A DNA stretch of 64,000 nucleotides from assembly GCA_965216875.1 (NCBI GenBank), contig OZ244207.1, forward strand, positions 6,784,001 through 6,848,000. Reading direction: 5' to 3'. The position numbers were made by a program, and so were the translations under genes. Origin of the DNA: Rubripirellula sp. (lineage in GTDB: Bacteria; Planctomycetota; Planctomycetia; Pirellulales; Pirellulaceae). Below, one piece after another: positions 50,887 through 60,536 of this stretch. Under the pieces are notes generated by a model. That model had not been told where the DNA came from, did no database searches, and saw only the letters and a list, made by a program, of their open reading frames with translations. How positions within the stretch are numbered: the first letter of the stretch is position 1; every line of letters begins with the position of its first letter.

Positions 50887-51123
50887 GCTGCGAGGTGTGT
50901 GCTCGAACGCACCAGTTTTCGCCTTCCGACGCAATTTCCGCAATTCTTGCCAAGAATCTCGGCAGATTCCCCGGCGATCAAGAATTGGAAAGCAACGCGT
51001 TGTCGATCCGATAAAGAGCCCGGATTTTGCAGACGCCCGTTCGTCGCACCGCTCGAATGCGGACGATCCCGGCCCATCCGGTAAGACGAGCTTGCCACCA
51101 CCGCCTTCCGGAATGACTTGCCG

Positions 51124-53679
51124 ATGTCACGCGCTGTGATCGCTTCGTTGCTGTGCATCCTTGTTGTGGTTGCTGCGCCGAACGCAGCAGATGCCACCGA
51201 AAAGGATCGCTCGGCATCGATGTCAAGAAAGCACGTCGCGCTCTTCGAGAGTCACTGCTACGATTGTCACAGCGCGGATACCAAGGAAGCTGGAGTCGAT
51301 CTTGAATCGATTTCCTTTGATGTCGGCGAAAGCGTAGGCAACGCCGAACTTTGGCAAAAGATTCTCAACGCAATCAACTCGGGCGAGATGCCGCCCGAAG
51401 ATTCCGAGCCGCTCGCAGACAAGGACAAGCTCGTCTTTCTCGAGGACCTGACCGGTGCGATGGTCGAGGCCCGCAAGATTCTAGGTGACTCGGGCGGCGT
51501 CATTCCGCTCCGTCGGCTCAATCGCCGCGAGTATTCCAACACGATCGAATCGCTGTTAGGCATTCGACCTGATGTTTCCAGTTTGCCCAACGACCAGGTT
51601 GGCGCGGGGTTTGATACCCAGGGTGGGTCGTTGTTTATGTCGAGCGACCAAATCGAACAATACTACGAAACCGCAAAAGCGACGCTGCGTTATTGCTTGA
51701 AGGCTGACGAAAGCCCCAACACCAAAGTAACTCGCATCGAGCTCGAAGATGAATACACCGAAAGGTATCGAACCTATTTGGGGCAGTTGGCCGACCAGGC
51801 CGAGCGAGCTCGCAAGTTTCTCGCTCAATCGGAGAAGCCTGCTTCGGCGTTTGGCTTGATTGATGAGTACCAAGCCAAGAAGAACATTTCCAGCTACGAA
51901 AACTGGAAGACTCAACTGGAACAGTATCTCGAATGGCCTGAAACCAAAGAGGGCGCGGCCCTGATTTTGACGATCAAAGGTGGCATGACACGCGCTAAGT
52001 TGCCACCGGTTCGTTCATTCCAGCCGGGCCGATACCGCGTTCGGGTTCGCGCGGCAATGTATCCCGAAGCCGACGAACGTTTTCACTATCTCGAGTTTTC
52101 GAGCAACATCGGAAAGTCACGCACACATCTGGGCTGGCGAAAAGTCACGGCGCCGCTCGCGTCTCCACAGGTGATCGAATTTGTTTACGACCACCAACCT
52201 GGTCAACAGGTGCAACTGCTTGTTCATCAGCGCACGCATCAAGATCGCGGTGACAAAGGGCTTTGGACACGTGCCCAACGTGCCAATGGTGTGGGGACGC
52301 CACCGGGGATCTGGATCGATTGGGCTGAGATATCAGGACCCGAACCGTTTGCTGGTTTGATTCAAAGCAAGTCTAAGCTGCTCGCCGCCGGTGACGAAGC
52401 GAAGACCGAGGCTGAGCGCGCACGTTTGATCATCGAAGACTTTGCCGGGCGTGCGTTTCGAGGCAAGCAGCCAACGCAAGCATATGTTGAAAAGTTGGTG
52501 GACCGATTTAGGGAGCAACGCGAGGCAGGCGACAAATTTGACGAAGCGATTGTCGAACCCTTGGCGATCATCCTCGCCTCGCCCGGATTCCTGTACATGA
52601 TCAACGACGGCCGCCAGGAGGACGGCGAGTTGCTTACAGACTCGGAAGTCGCCGTACGGATGTCTTACCTGCTCTGGAGTCAGCCGCCCGATGAAACCTT
52701 GATGCGTTTAGCGGATCGTGGCGAGCTTTCAAACCCGGGCGTCTTGCGCCAACAAGTCGAACGCATGCTGGCCGATCCCAAAGCGGAACGCTTTGTTCGA
52801 GACTTTACGCACCAATGGCTCGAGATGGATCGATTGGGAATGTTTCAGTTCAACGGACTGATTCACCCGACGTTCGACAACGCAGTGCGCGAGAACGCGC
52901 GCGAAGAGATTTTTCAAACCGTGAATGCGGTGCTGGGCGAACGGTTGCCGCTTGGGACACTGCTCAACGCCGACTTTGTGGTCATCAATGATTTGTTGGC
53001 CGGTTACTACGGGATGGGTAACGTTGAAGGTCACGAGTTTCGCAGACACTCGCTTCCGCCAAATAGCGTGCGCGGCGGCTTATTGGCGACAGCAGCCGTC
53101 GCGGCGATGGGTTCGGACGGATTGCGGTCATCGCCAGTCGAGCGAGGTGCTTGGGTGTTGCGTCACTTATTGCACGATCCACCCGCGCCCGCGCCTCCAA
53201 ACGTACCTCAGTTGAGCCGTCTGGAAGGCGAACCGCATTCCGCACGCGACCTGCAAGTGCTTCACCAAGAACAGCCACAGTGCGCTCAGTGTCATCGCAA
53301 GATCGATCCGATTGGATACGGCCTCGAGAACTTTGCCGCCGATGGATTGTGGCGAGATAAAGAACGGGTCATCACCGGGAAGATCCGCGAGATCAACGCG
53401 AACTCCTATGCCGAATTCGAGATCGACCCCAGTGGCACGCTGCCAAGTGGAGAATCCTTTGAAGGGTTTCACCAGTTGCGTGAACTTGTCGCGTCGAAAC
53501 AAGAAGTGTTTGCGCGCGGCTTTGTCGAAAGCCTGATTGCATACGGTATGGGACGACCTTACGGGTTCACCGACCAAGATCTGGCCAACGAGATTCTTGA
53601 TCAGGCTCGTGATGACGGTTTCGCAATGCCAACGATGATTCAAGCGTTGGTTGTCTCGGAAACCTTTCGCTCAAAGTAG
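51124..53679 (+). CDS. planctomycete DUF1592/DUF1588/DUF1587-type protein with cytochrome-c-like motifs
   Basis: Signal peptide, CYDCH, GEMPP, LRRLNRREYSNTI, LASPGFLY, RGGLL, SSPVERGAW, CAQCHRKIDPIGYGLENF. Confidence 0.9.
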   Translation: MSRAVIASLLCILVVVAAPNAADATEKDRSASMSRKHVALFESHCYDCHSADTKEAGVDLESISFDVGESVGNAELWQKILNAINSGEMPPEDSEPLADKDKLVFLEDLTGAMVEARKILGDSGGVIPLRRLNRREYSNTIESLLGIRPDVSSLPNDQVGAGFDTQGGSLFMSSDQIEQYYETAKATLRYCLKADESPNTKVTRIELEDEYTERYRTYLGQLADQAERARKFLAQSEKPASAFGLIDEYQAKKNISSYENWKTQLEQYLEWPETKEGAALILTIKGGMTRAKLPPVRSFQPGRYRVRVRAAMYPEADERFHYLEFSSNIGKSRTHLGWRKVTAPLASPQVIEFVYDHQPGQQVQLLVHQRTHQDRGDKGLWTRAQRANGVGTPPGIWIDWAEISGPEPFAGLIQSKSKLLAAGDEAKTEAERARLIIEDFAGRAFRGKQPTQAYVEKLVDRFREQREAGDKFDEAIVEPLAIILASPGFLYMINDGRQEDGELLTDSEVAVRMSYLLWSQPPDETLMRLADRGELSNPGVLRQQVERMLADPKAERFVRDFTHQWLEMDRLGMFQFNGLIHPTFDNAVRENAREEIFQTVNAVLGERLPLGTLLNADFVVINDLLAGYYGMGNVEGHEFRRHSLPPNSVRGGLLATAAVAAMGSDGLRSSPVERGAWVLRHLLHDPPAPAPPNVPQLSRLEGEPHSARDLQVLHQEQPQCAQCHRKIDPIGYGLENFAADGLWRDKERVITGKIREINANSYAEFEIDPSGTLPSGESFEGFHQLRELVASKQEVFARGFVESLIAYGMGRPYGFTDQDLANEILDQARDDGFAMPTMIQALVVSETFRSK

Positions 53680-53710
53680 ACATACGTCCAAGCCCATTGG
53701 AACCCGATAG

Positions 53711-55006
53711 ATGAAACGATCCTTTTCACGACGTGCTGTGCTTCGCGGCACCGGTGCTGCAATCGCATTGCCGATGCTGGACTCGTTGAATTTTCGACGT
53801 TTCGCAGCCGCCCAATCCCCAACGGCCGTTCCCAAACGGATGGTCTTTTGCGGGATCGGTTTTGGTGTGACCGCCGACGAGTGGTATCCCGACGTGGCGA
53901 CGACCGGCAACGACTACCAACTGCCGGAAGTGCTCAAGCCGCTGCAGCGTCACAAGCAAAACATCTCGATCATCCAAAACTTGATGCATCGCTATTCGGC
54001 CGACGGTCACAGTGGCAGCACGTTTTGGTTGACCGGTGCGAACCGCTATGAGATTCCAGGACAGAGTTTTCACAACACGATCTCGGTCGACCAAGTTGCT
54101 GCGTTAGCTTTGGGAGAACAAACACGTTTCACCTCACTGCAACTTTGTGCCAAGGGCAACGAGAACGACGGTCACGGTCCCGGTTCGTCATTGGCTTGGA
54201 ATCGCTTTGGCAAACCCGTTGCCGGCGTCAACACACCCGTCGCGCTCTTTCACAAACTCTTTTCTGACGACAAGACGCCGCTGGAAGTGAGGCAGCGACA
54301 ATTGCAAAAGCGGCGGAGCGTTCTCGACACGGTGCTCGAAAACGCAAACGACGTCGATCGTCGGCTTGGCAAGCATGATCGCGATAAACTCAACGAATAC
54401 GTTCAATCGGTTCGCGACATCGAAGTTCGAATTGCCAAAGAAGAGAGTTGGCTTGGCGTTGAAAAGAAGCAACCGTCCGACGCCGTCAACGAGCCCAAGC
54501 CGACGTTGGCGGGCGTCGACGAGATTCGGATGATGTACGACTTGATGGTCGCCGCGATGCAAGTCGATGCGACGCGTGTCTTGACTTACCGCATGCCCGC
54601 AGACTCAATGATTGCCAGCCTCGGTGCGACGATGAGTGCGCACAGCATGAGCCACTATTCAGTTCCCGAACGCCGCACCGTTTCGCAAAAGCGCGACCGC
54701 ACGCACTCAGTGCTCCTGGGTGAATTTCTCGACAAGCTCGCCGATTCGACCGAATCGGATGGAACATCGCTGCTTGATCACTGCGCCATCACGTGGGGAA
54801 GCAATATCAGCTCGATTCATTCACTGAACAATTGTCCCACCCTGATCGCGGGCGGAGGCGCAGGCTTCAAGCAGGGCCAGCATCTGGTGATGGAAGATCC
54901 GAAGACTCCGCTTTGCAACCTTTGGTTGAGCACGTTGCGGGGTTGCGGGATCCGTGCCGAATCGCACGGTGATTCGACCGGCGTCTTGCCCGAATTGTTT
55001 GCGTAG
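53711..55006 (+). CDS. DUF1552-family protein (Tat-like signal)
   Basis: SRRAVLRGTGAAIALPMLDSL, NTISVDQ, SVLDTV, DRDKLNEY..SVRDIE, TPLCNLWLS; typical partner of DUF1592. Confidence 0.9.
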   Translation: MKRSFSRRAVLRGTGAAIALPMLDSLNFRRFAAAQSPTAVPKRMVFCGIGFGVTADEWYPDVATTGNDYQLPEVLKPLQRHKQNISIIQNLMHRYSADGHSGSTFWLTGANRYEIPGQSFHNTISVDQVAALALGEQTRFTSLQLCAKGNENDGHGPGSSLAWNRFGKPVAGVNTPVALFHKLFSDDKTPLEVRQRQLQKRRSVLDTVLENANDVDRRLGKHDRDKLNEYVQSVRDIEVRIAKEESWLGVEKKQPSDAVNEPKPTLAGVDEIRMMYDLMVAAMQVDATRVLTYRMPADSMIASLGATMSAHSMSHYSVPERRTVSQKRDRTHSVLLGEFLDKLADSTESDGTSLLDHCAITWGSNISSIHSLNNCPTLIAGGGAGFKQGQHLVMEDPKTPLCNLWLSTLRGCGIRAESHGDSTGVLPELFA

Positions 55007-55080
55007 ATGTTGCGATCGGCACGCAAACAGAGCCAGCATTTCTCAAAAACGTAACCTGATTGCCATTGCGTTTTTCCGCT

Positions 55081-55224
55081 CTGCTGGCCGCCAGCAGGGG
55101 ACGATAACCACCAATGGGTACTCTCTTGCGTAGGAGTCCCCGAGGACTAGCTAACTAGCCCTTGCTAGTCGTCGTGTTGTGTGACCACCCAGGCAAGGCT
55201 CACATGCCTGGGTGGTCCTTTTTT
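55081..55224 (+). ncRNA. candidate structured small RNA (unassigned)
   Basis: Four consecutive stems ending in a terminator hairpin plus T6, between convergent genes. Confidence 0.4.
55183..55224 (+). terminator. Rho-independent terminator
   Basis: 13-bp stem GACCACCCAGGCA/TGCCTGGGTGGTC followed by CTTTTTT. Confidence 0.85.
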
Positions 55225-55282
55225 ACATCGGCATCGCGACCGATCCTCCCCGTGCGAATTCCTCGCAGTGGTCGCGCTCGAT

Positions 55283-55396
55283 CGTGGGGTGTGTGCTAGC
55301 ACGCACCAGCTCCTCTCGCCTCAACTCGTCAGCGAGCTAGTCCCCCAATTCGCATCGATCGATCTGTGTTTGGTGCGTGCAAGCACACACCCTACG
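55283..55396. repeat. REP inverted pair, family R6 (REPIN-like)
   Basis: CGTGGGGTGTGTGCTAGCACGCACCA ... TTGGTGCGTGCAAGCACACACCCTACG. Confidence 0.8.
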
Positions 55397-55409
55397 GTGC
55401 TACGTTGTT

Positions 55410-56405
55410 TCAATCCATTTCCAACACGTACTTGCCGAACTGGGGCGAGGATGCCATTTGATTGATGGCTTCGTTGCCATCGGCGAGTGGAACAACGGAA
55501 TCGACCATCGGTTTGATTTGATGATCTTCCACAAACCGAATCATGTCAGAAAAATCGCGCGGCGAACCGAGCGTCGATCCGATGATTCGCAACTGTTTCC
55601 AGAAAACGCGAAACATGTCTAGTTGCGAAGGTCCTGCTGTGGCGCCGTAGTTGACGATGCGACCACCTGGCGCTGCGACCTGCAATAGGTTTCGATAACC
55701 ATCACCACCAGCGCCGTCGATCACGAGATGCGGTGGACCACAGTCTTTGGCGAGCGTCTTATGCCAATCCGGCTCGCGATAGTCGTATCCGGCGGTCGCT
55801 CCCAGCGAGATCGCCCGAGCAATTTTTTCTGGCGACGATGAAGTGACCGAAACTTGCGCGCCGGCGGCGACGGCGAACTGCAACGCAAACGCGGCAACGC
55901 CACCGCCGATTCCGGTGATCAAGACCGACTGACCCTCTTGAAGTTCGCCTTGACTGAAGAGCGCGCGGTAGGCTGTCACGCCGGCAAGTGGAAGGGCGGC
56001 CGCCTCGTTCCAGTGAAGCTGCGCGGGCTTGGAGTGAACCTGGCTGGCGTCCACTTTGATTTGGGTCGCAAACGTGCCATCACTTGGTGATCCGAGGATC
56101 GTGAAGTCGGCTCCTTGCGCCGCTTCATCATTGCCCCATTGGATGCCCGGATAAAGGATGACTTCCTTCTCTACCCATTCCACTGACACACCCGCACCGA
56201 CCGAGGTAACGATTCCTGCACCGTCGGACCCGAGAATCGTTGGCGGTTCGATACCAGGGTACAAACCTTGCGTGATCCAGTAGTCGCGCCGGTTCAGTGC
56301 GGCTGCCTTTAACGCAACCACGACCGTCCCCGGATCGGGAGTAAGATCGGCACGTTGCTGCAATTCCAAGGGCGTCTTCACGCCGGTCAGTACGAGAGCC
56401 TTCAT
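55410..56405 (-). CDS. zinc-binding dehydrogenase / NADPH:quinone oxidoreductase (MDR family)
   Basis: AAALNRRD, ILGSDGAG, EAAALPLAGVTAYRAL, TGIGGGVA, QFGKYVL; RBS GGAGG. Confidence 0.9.
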   Translation of the reverse strand: MKALVLTGVKTPLELQQRADLTPDPGTVVVALKAAALNRRDYWITQGLYPGIEPPTILGSDGAGIVTSVGAGVSVEWVEKEVILYPGIQWGNDEAAQGADFTILGSPSDGTFATQIKVDASQVHSKPAQLHWNEAAALPLAGVTAYRALFSQGELQEGQSVLITGIGGGVAAFALQFAVAAGAQVSVTSSSPEKIARAISLGATAGYDYREPDWHKTLAKDCGPPHLVIDGAGGDGYRNLLQVAAPGGRIVNYGATAGPSQLDMFRVFWKQLRIIGSTLGSPRDFSDMIRFVEDHQIKPMVDSVVPLADGNEAINQMASSPQFGKYVLEMD

Positions 56406-56640
56406 CAGCTGCAAACCTCCTTTGCGGTTTGCAGAAGAAGTTAACAGGTCCGTGGCGTCTCGTCAGGCATACAAGGTGAGCCGTATCACGCTGGCTCGAA
56501 GATCAGCCGCATTCGTCTGTGCGATTTGTAAAAAGCTTCGCCCGCGACCCTGCTTGAAGCGGCGGCAACCATTCAGGATCACGGGCGACAAAACGCTAAC
56601 GACGCTCGGTGCGTCGCATGCACTTACGCTTCGTATGCAC

Positions 56641-58524
56641 TTACGCTTCGGGCGAAACGAGCAACACCACCCAATCGCGGTCCGATTGTTCCGGTGGCTG
56701 GCCGAGCGATTGCACGCTGCCTCCGTCGACGGTTGAAACGGATCCCGATTGGAGCTGTCCGCCGCTGCGCGGGTTGTACCATTTGACGTTGAAGACGCCT
56801 TTGGCACCGGCGAGGTCAAGTTTGGCCGACTCGGATGATTTGAGGAATGCGACAAACACGGTCTCGTCGGTTGCACGCAGGCAGTAGCCCTTGGCGTCGG
56901 ACAGTCGCTTGTTGTCGTTTTTCATTCGCCAAAACGGCACGTCGTTGTTCTTGAAAAACTCGAGTGCATAGCGGCTTTGGTTCCACATCTTGTGACGCGA
57001 GCGATAGTCTTGGCAGGTCAAATCACTGTGTGGATGTTTGTAGCCAAAGTACCATTCGACGCCCGCACCACCGGCCATCAAGTTGCCCCACAACGCGTTT
57101 TGGCGCGGGTTGTCTCGGGTCGGGTCTTCGTCATCAGGAATGAGAGAGTGGGTTGCGTCGCCCGGTTCGTCACATGCGACAACCCACGGCTTGCCCGCTT
57201 TGACAGACCGGTTCAAGTAGTTGAGCGTTGAACCGTGGACATTACGGAAGTCCTCTTTACTGGTTTGAAGTGAGAAACCGGTGAGGTGCGAGCCGCCTTT
57301 GTCTGCAGGTCCCATCAATTCGTAGTGTCGGTTGCCGTTATGGATCACGATGTGGTTTTGGTAGGGATCGTGAGTCCAGAAATACTCGGCCCAATCTTTC
57401 TTGTCTTGCGTGTCGACTTCGATCTGATAGCCAACCTCTTCACCAAGGTTCCAGTTCAAGGCCAAGTGGTGAGCAAAACGAGCGATCAGCTCACGATAGT
57501 AGAGTGCTCGCGTTCGACCCATTTTGCGGTCGTCGAGAACGTTCACGTTCTCGCACTCTTGCGTTTTGAAATGCAAGTACATACCGAGTTTGTCCGCATG
57601 CTCGAAAACAACTTCCCACTGATCGAGTCGTGAACAGTCGAGATGTTCGACATCGTCGTAGTTGACGTAGGGAAAGACGTTGCGGTCGTCACCATTGATG
57701 TTCATGGTCAGAAACGAAAAAGCGTTCATGCCTTGATCGGCAAGGTAATTGATCGCGCCGATCATTCCTTTGCCTTTTCCGTCTTGCCAAGTTGGATCGC
57801 CCTGTTTCCAATCCCGAACGTGAGGCTGCCAGGTTTTGACGAGATTGTCTTTCTTGCCGTCACTCTTAAAGTCGCCGTCAAAGTCAGCGTAGGCGAGGAA
57901 ATTCTCGGGCGCATCGGCACCACACTTCAGGAAGAACTCTTTGTTGCCTGCGAACTGTAGGTGATGTTTGCCGACGTATTGCAAACGCCCCTTGCCGCGG
58001 TGGTCGCGGCCAGTCTTGTCACTAACGCCGATTTCAAGCCGTCCGGTTTTTCCATCGATGCCTTTTACAGCAGTTCCCGCATCGGCGTCGTCAGAAACCG
58101 CAACGTCATTGCCGCGGCGAAAGCTGACTTTGTAATCCCACGTACCCGTTGCAACAGGACAGAAGTGCACGCGCCATTTTGTTCCGGCCTTTGCTGAACT
58201 ATTGGCCGCATTGCCATCGGCACAAAAGTACCCCGGGACCAAGAATTTTTTGTCACCCTGACTAAACTCGACGTTGAATCGATAATCGAAGAAAGGGTTC
58301 GGTTTGGTGTCGCTTTCATTGGCAAACGGACCATCCAACGTCAACGTGACTTTGTGCCATTGTTTCAGTTCGCCAGAAACTTCGAGACTGCCATCGCCAT
58401 CAGCCGAGCGTGGCTTGATCAATTCGGGGCCTGCGACGGCCATTGGGGACAAAAGGGACTGGAGTGGAAGAGCGGCAAGGAAGCACACGCAAGCCATTGC
58501 GAGCGATCTTGGGCGGGTTGTCAT
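56641..58524 (-). CDS. secreted DUF5060-domain protein with C-terminal putative collagen-binding domain (glycoside-hydrolase-like)
   Basis: Signal-like N-terminus, NPFFDY, VPGYF.ADG, KWRVHF.P, WNLGEE, C-terminal WYNPRSG...DWVVLL. Confidence 0.75.
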   Translation of the reverse strand: MTTRPRSLAMACVCFLAALPLQSLLSPMAVAGPELIKPRSADGDGSLEVSGELKQWHKVTLTLDGPFANESDTKPNPFFDYRFNVEFSQGDKKFLVPGYFCADGNAANSSAKAGTKWRVHFCPVATGTWDYKVSFRRGNDVAVSDDADAGTAVKGIDGKTGRLEIGVSDKTGRDHRGKGRLQYVGKHHLQFAGNKEFFLKCGADAPENFLAYADFDGDFKSDGKKDNLVKTWQPHVRDWKQGDPTWQDGKGKGMIGAINYLADQGMNAFSFLTMNINGDDRNVFPYVNYDDVEHLDCSRLDQWEVVFEHADKLGMYLHFKTQECENVNVLDDRKMGRTRALYYRELIARFAHHLALNWNLGEEVGYQIEVDTQDKKDWAEYFWTHDPYQNHIVIHNGNRHYELMGPADKGGSHLTGFSLQTSKEDFRNVHGSTLNYLNRSVKAGKPWVVACDEPGDATHSLIPDDEDPTRDNPRQNALWGNLMAGGAGVEWYFGYKHPHSDLTCQDYRSRHKMWNQSRYALEFFKNNDVPFWRMKNDNKRLSDAKGYCLRATDETVFVAFLKSSESAKLDLAGAKGVFNVKWYNPRSGGQLQSGSVSTVDGGSVQSLGQPPEQSDRDWVVLLVSPEA

Positions 58525-58693
58525 CTGCACCTCAAGGTGGGGGAAGGATGGGAATGGGGTGGTGGTTACAGACTCTTGCCGTCACAACGACAAGTGTGCA
58601 CAACCTTTGAGAAAAAAGTCACAAATCGAGCCGTCCCCTGTGCACGATTCTGGTCTCAGCGACAACGGTTGGTAGCGAGAGTGGACTATCAAA

Positions 58694-59239
58694 ATGAGTG
58701 AAAACGCCGGCGAATTCCAATCCTTTCTGACGATTACCGAGAATCGGTCGCAGATCCTAGCGGTGATTGTCGCAATGGTTCACGACTTTGATTTGGCCGA
58801 AGAGCTGTTTCAGGAGACCGTTGTTGAGATTCTCAAAAGCGAGCAGCAATTTGATCCACGTCGCCGGTTTGTCCCCTGGGCGTGCGGTGTGGCGCGAAAC
58901 GTAGTGTTTCGGCATTGGCGACGAAACAGCCAGGATTCCACCTGCGCGGTTTCCGAGATGATCGCCGAATTGGCGCTCGATACCGTCGAAGTCGGTGATG
59001 AAGTTTGGCGTCGAGAACGAAAGGCGCTGCGGCATTGTTTGCAACAGCTTCCCGATCGTGCCCAGCAACTGTTGATGCTTCGATACGGACGAAACATCAA
59101 GGGCAAGCAGCTCGCGTCGCAGTCAGCCTATCGGCCCGGTTCCATACGAACCACCTTGCTTCGCCTGAGGCAGCAGTTGCGCGATTGCATCGAAACGAAA
59201 ACTGGACCTGCTATGGAGGCAAGCGATGGCCATGGATGA
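58694..59239 (+). CDS. ECF sigma-70 factor
   Basis: AEELFQET, FVPWACGVARN (region 2); ALRHCLQQLP, LLRLRQQLRDCIE (region 4). Confidence 0.9.
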   Translation: MSENAGEFQSFLTITENRSQILAVIVAMVHDFDLAEELFQETVVEILKSEQQFDPRRRFVPWACGVARNVVFRHWRRNSQDSTCAVSEMIAELALDTVEVGDEVWRRERKALRHCLQQLPDRAQQLLMLRYGRNIKGKQLASQSAYRPGSIRTTLLRLRQQLRDCIETKTGPAMEASDGHG

Positions 59240-60536
59240 CAAGCCTTTTCAAGAGTTGCTCGCCACGTATTTTGATGGCGAAGCAACAGATCAAGAAATC
59301 GAGCAGCTTCACGAGGCGGTCTTCGAGCAGGGACGGCGCGACGAGTTTCGTGAGGCGATGCGCCTGAATGTCTTGATGCGCGAAACACTGGCCGAACAGG
59401 CCGAAGTCAGCTCGCTGGCTGAAACCTTCTTGGCGTCCGAGCCCAAGCAAACGCACAAGTCATCCTTTAAACAGATCGCTCTAGCCGTTCTCGCGACTGC
59501 GGCGGTCGTCTTTGCTCTCGTTTGGCGTCCTCAATCGTCCACCAATCCAGTTGCCGGGCATGGCTTCTTTTGGGACGTCTCCGGAGCTGCCGAGTTGCAA
59601 CTGGAACGCGCCGGTCATTCGACGCACGCCCGCAAAGGCGATTCAATCTCGGTTGGAGACGTCGTTCACTGTGGCGCCGACACGCGAGCGATGATTCGTT
59701 TGGAGGACGGGTCGATCCTGTCGATGGAACCGAACTCTTCGTTGACTCTCGTGTCTCAGCGCCCGCAAGTGCGATTGGATCGCGGCAAAGTTCTCTTTGA
59801 GATCGAATCACGAAGTGATGATGAAAAGCCGTTTGAAGTCCGCACCGGACAGTCGACCGTTGAAGTCATGGGGACGATGTTCACTCTCGAAGCGGACGAA
59901 CACACCCATTTGAAGGTTTACGAAGGACGGGTGATGTTCAAACGTCACATCGATAACGTCGAGGTCGAAGTCGGCTCTCAGCAGATGGCGTCGACCGAAA
60001 ACCGAGACCTTGGCATTGAATCGCTAGGCCAACCCAAGGTGGAATCAACGTCGATTTTGACGCTGTTGCCGACCGATGACGTGACTTGGGATCACGGCGG
60101 CGTAAACAACGGATCACACCTGAAGGTTCAGCGCAAGAACCGGACTGTCTATCTAAGATTTGAGATTCCTGCGGTAGACGGTATCAGAGGTGCACGCTTG
60201 CGATTGACGCAAGACATCGATCCAGGATCGGGGACCTTGAAGTTTTTCGAGGCCGAGTCGTCAGATTGGAGCGAAACGGAAGTGAGTGGCAACAACCTTC
60301 CCAAACGCGGCCGAATGATCGCACAACGCTCTGGCGTCGTTCGTCCGGGGCAAGTTGTCGACGTCGATGTGACTGATGCTGTCGTCAGCGATTCGCCTGT
60401 TTCCTTTGTGGTCACACTTGACCGGGACCGTGAGCAGGACATCTGGTTTGGTTCCCGTGAAAGCCAATCGCCACCGCAACTCTTACTGACCGTGGAGCGG
60501 CCCGCAAGGCAATCGGACGCGATTGCAAAGCAATAG
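59226..60536 (+). CDS. FecR-domain anti-sigma factor with C-terminal carbohydrate-binding-like domain
   Basis: Overlaps the sigma gene; N-terminal ASD, one TM, LEDGS..., VEVMGTMF, VYEGRV, C-terminal YLRFEI...SRES..PQL. Confidence 0.85.
   Translation: MAMDDKPFQELLATYFDGEATDQEIEQLHEAVFEQGRRDEFREAMRLNVLMRETLAEQAEVSSLAETFLASEPKQTHKSSFKQIALAVLATAAVVFALVWRPQSSTNPVAGHGFFWDVSGAAELQLERAGHSTHARKGDSISVGDVVHCGADTRAMIRLEDGSILSMEPNSSLTLVSQRPQVRLDRGKVLFEIESRSDDEKPFEVRTGQSTVEVMGTMFTLEADEHTHLKVYEGRVMFKRHIDNVEVEVGSQQMASTENRDLGIESLGQPKVESTSILTLLPTDDVTWDHGGVNNGSHLKVQRKNRTVYLRFEIPAVDGIRGARLRLTQDIDPGSGTLKFFEAESSDWSETEVSGNNLPKRGRMIAQRSGVVRPGQVVDVDVTDAVVSDSPVSFVVTLDRDREQDIWFGSRESQSPPQLLLTVERPARQSDAIAKQ

Noticed and set aside
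55114..55158. Attenuator leader peptide
   Set aside because: No same-strand gene follows the terminator and there is no run of regulatory codons; kept only as part of the sRNA candidate.
58575..58660. ECF promoter or operator motif (TCACA, TGTGCAC) shared with the sulfatase upstream region
   Set aside because: Matches are too short to distinguish from chance by eye.
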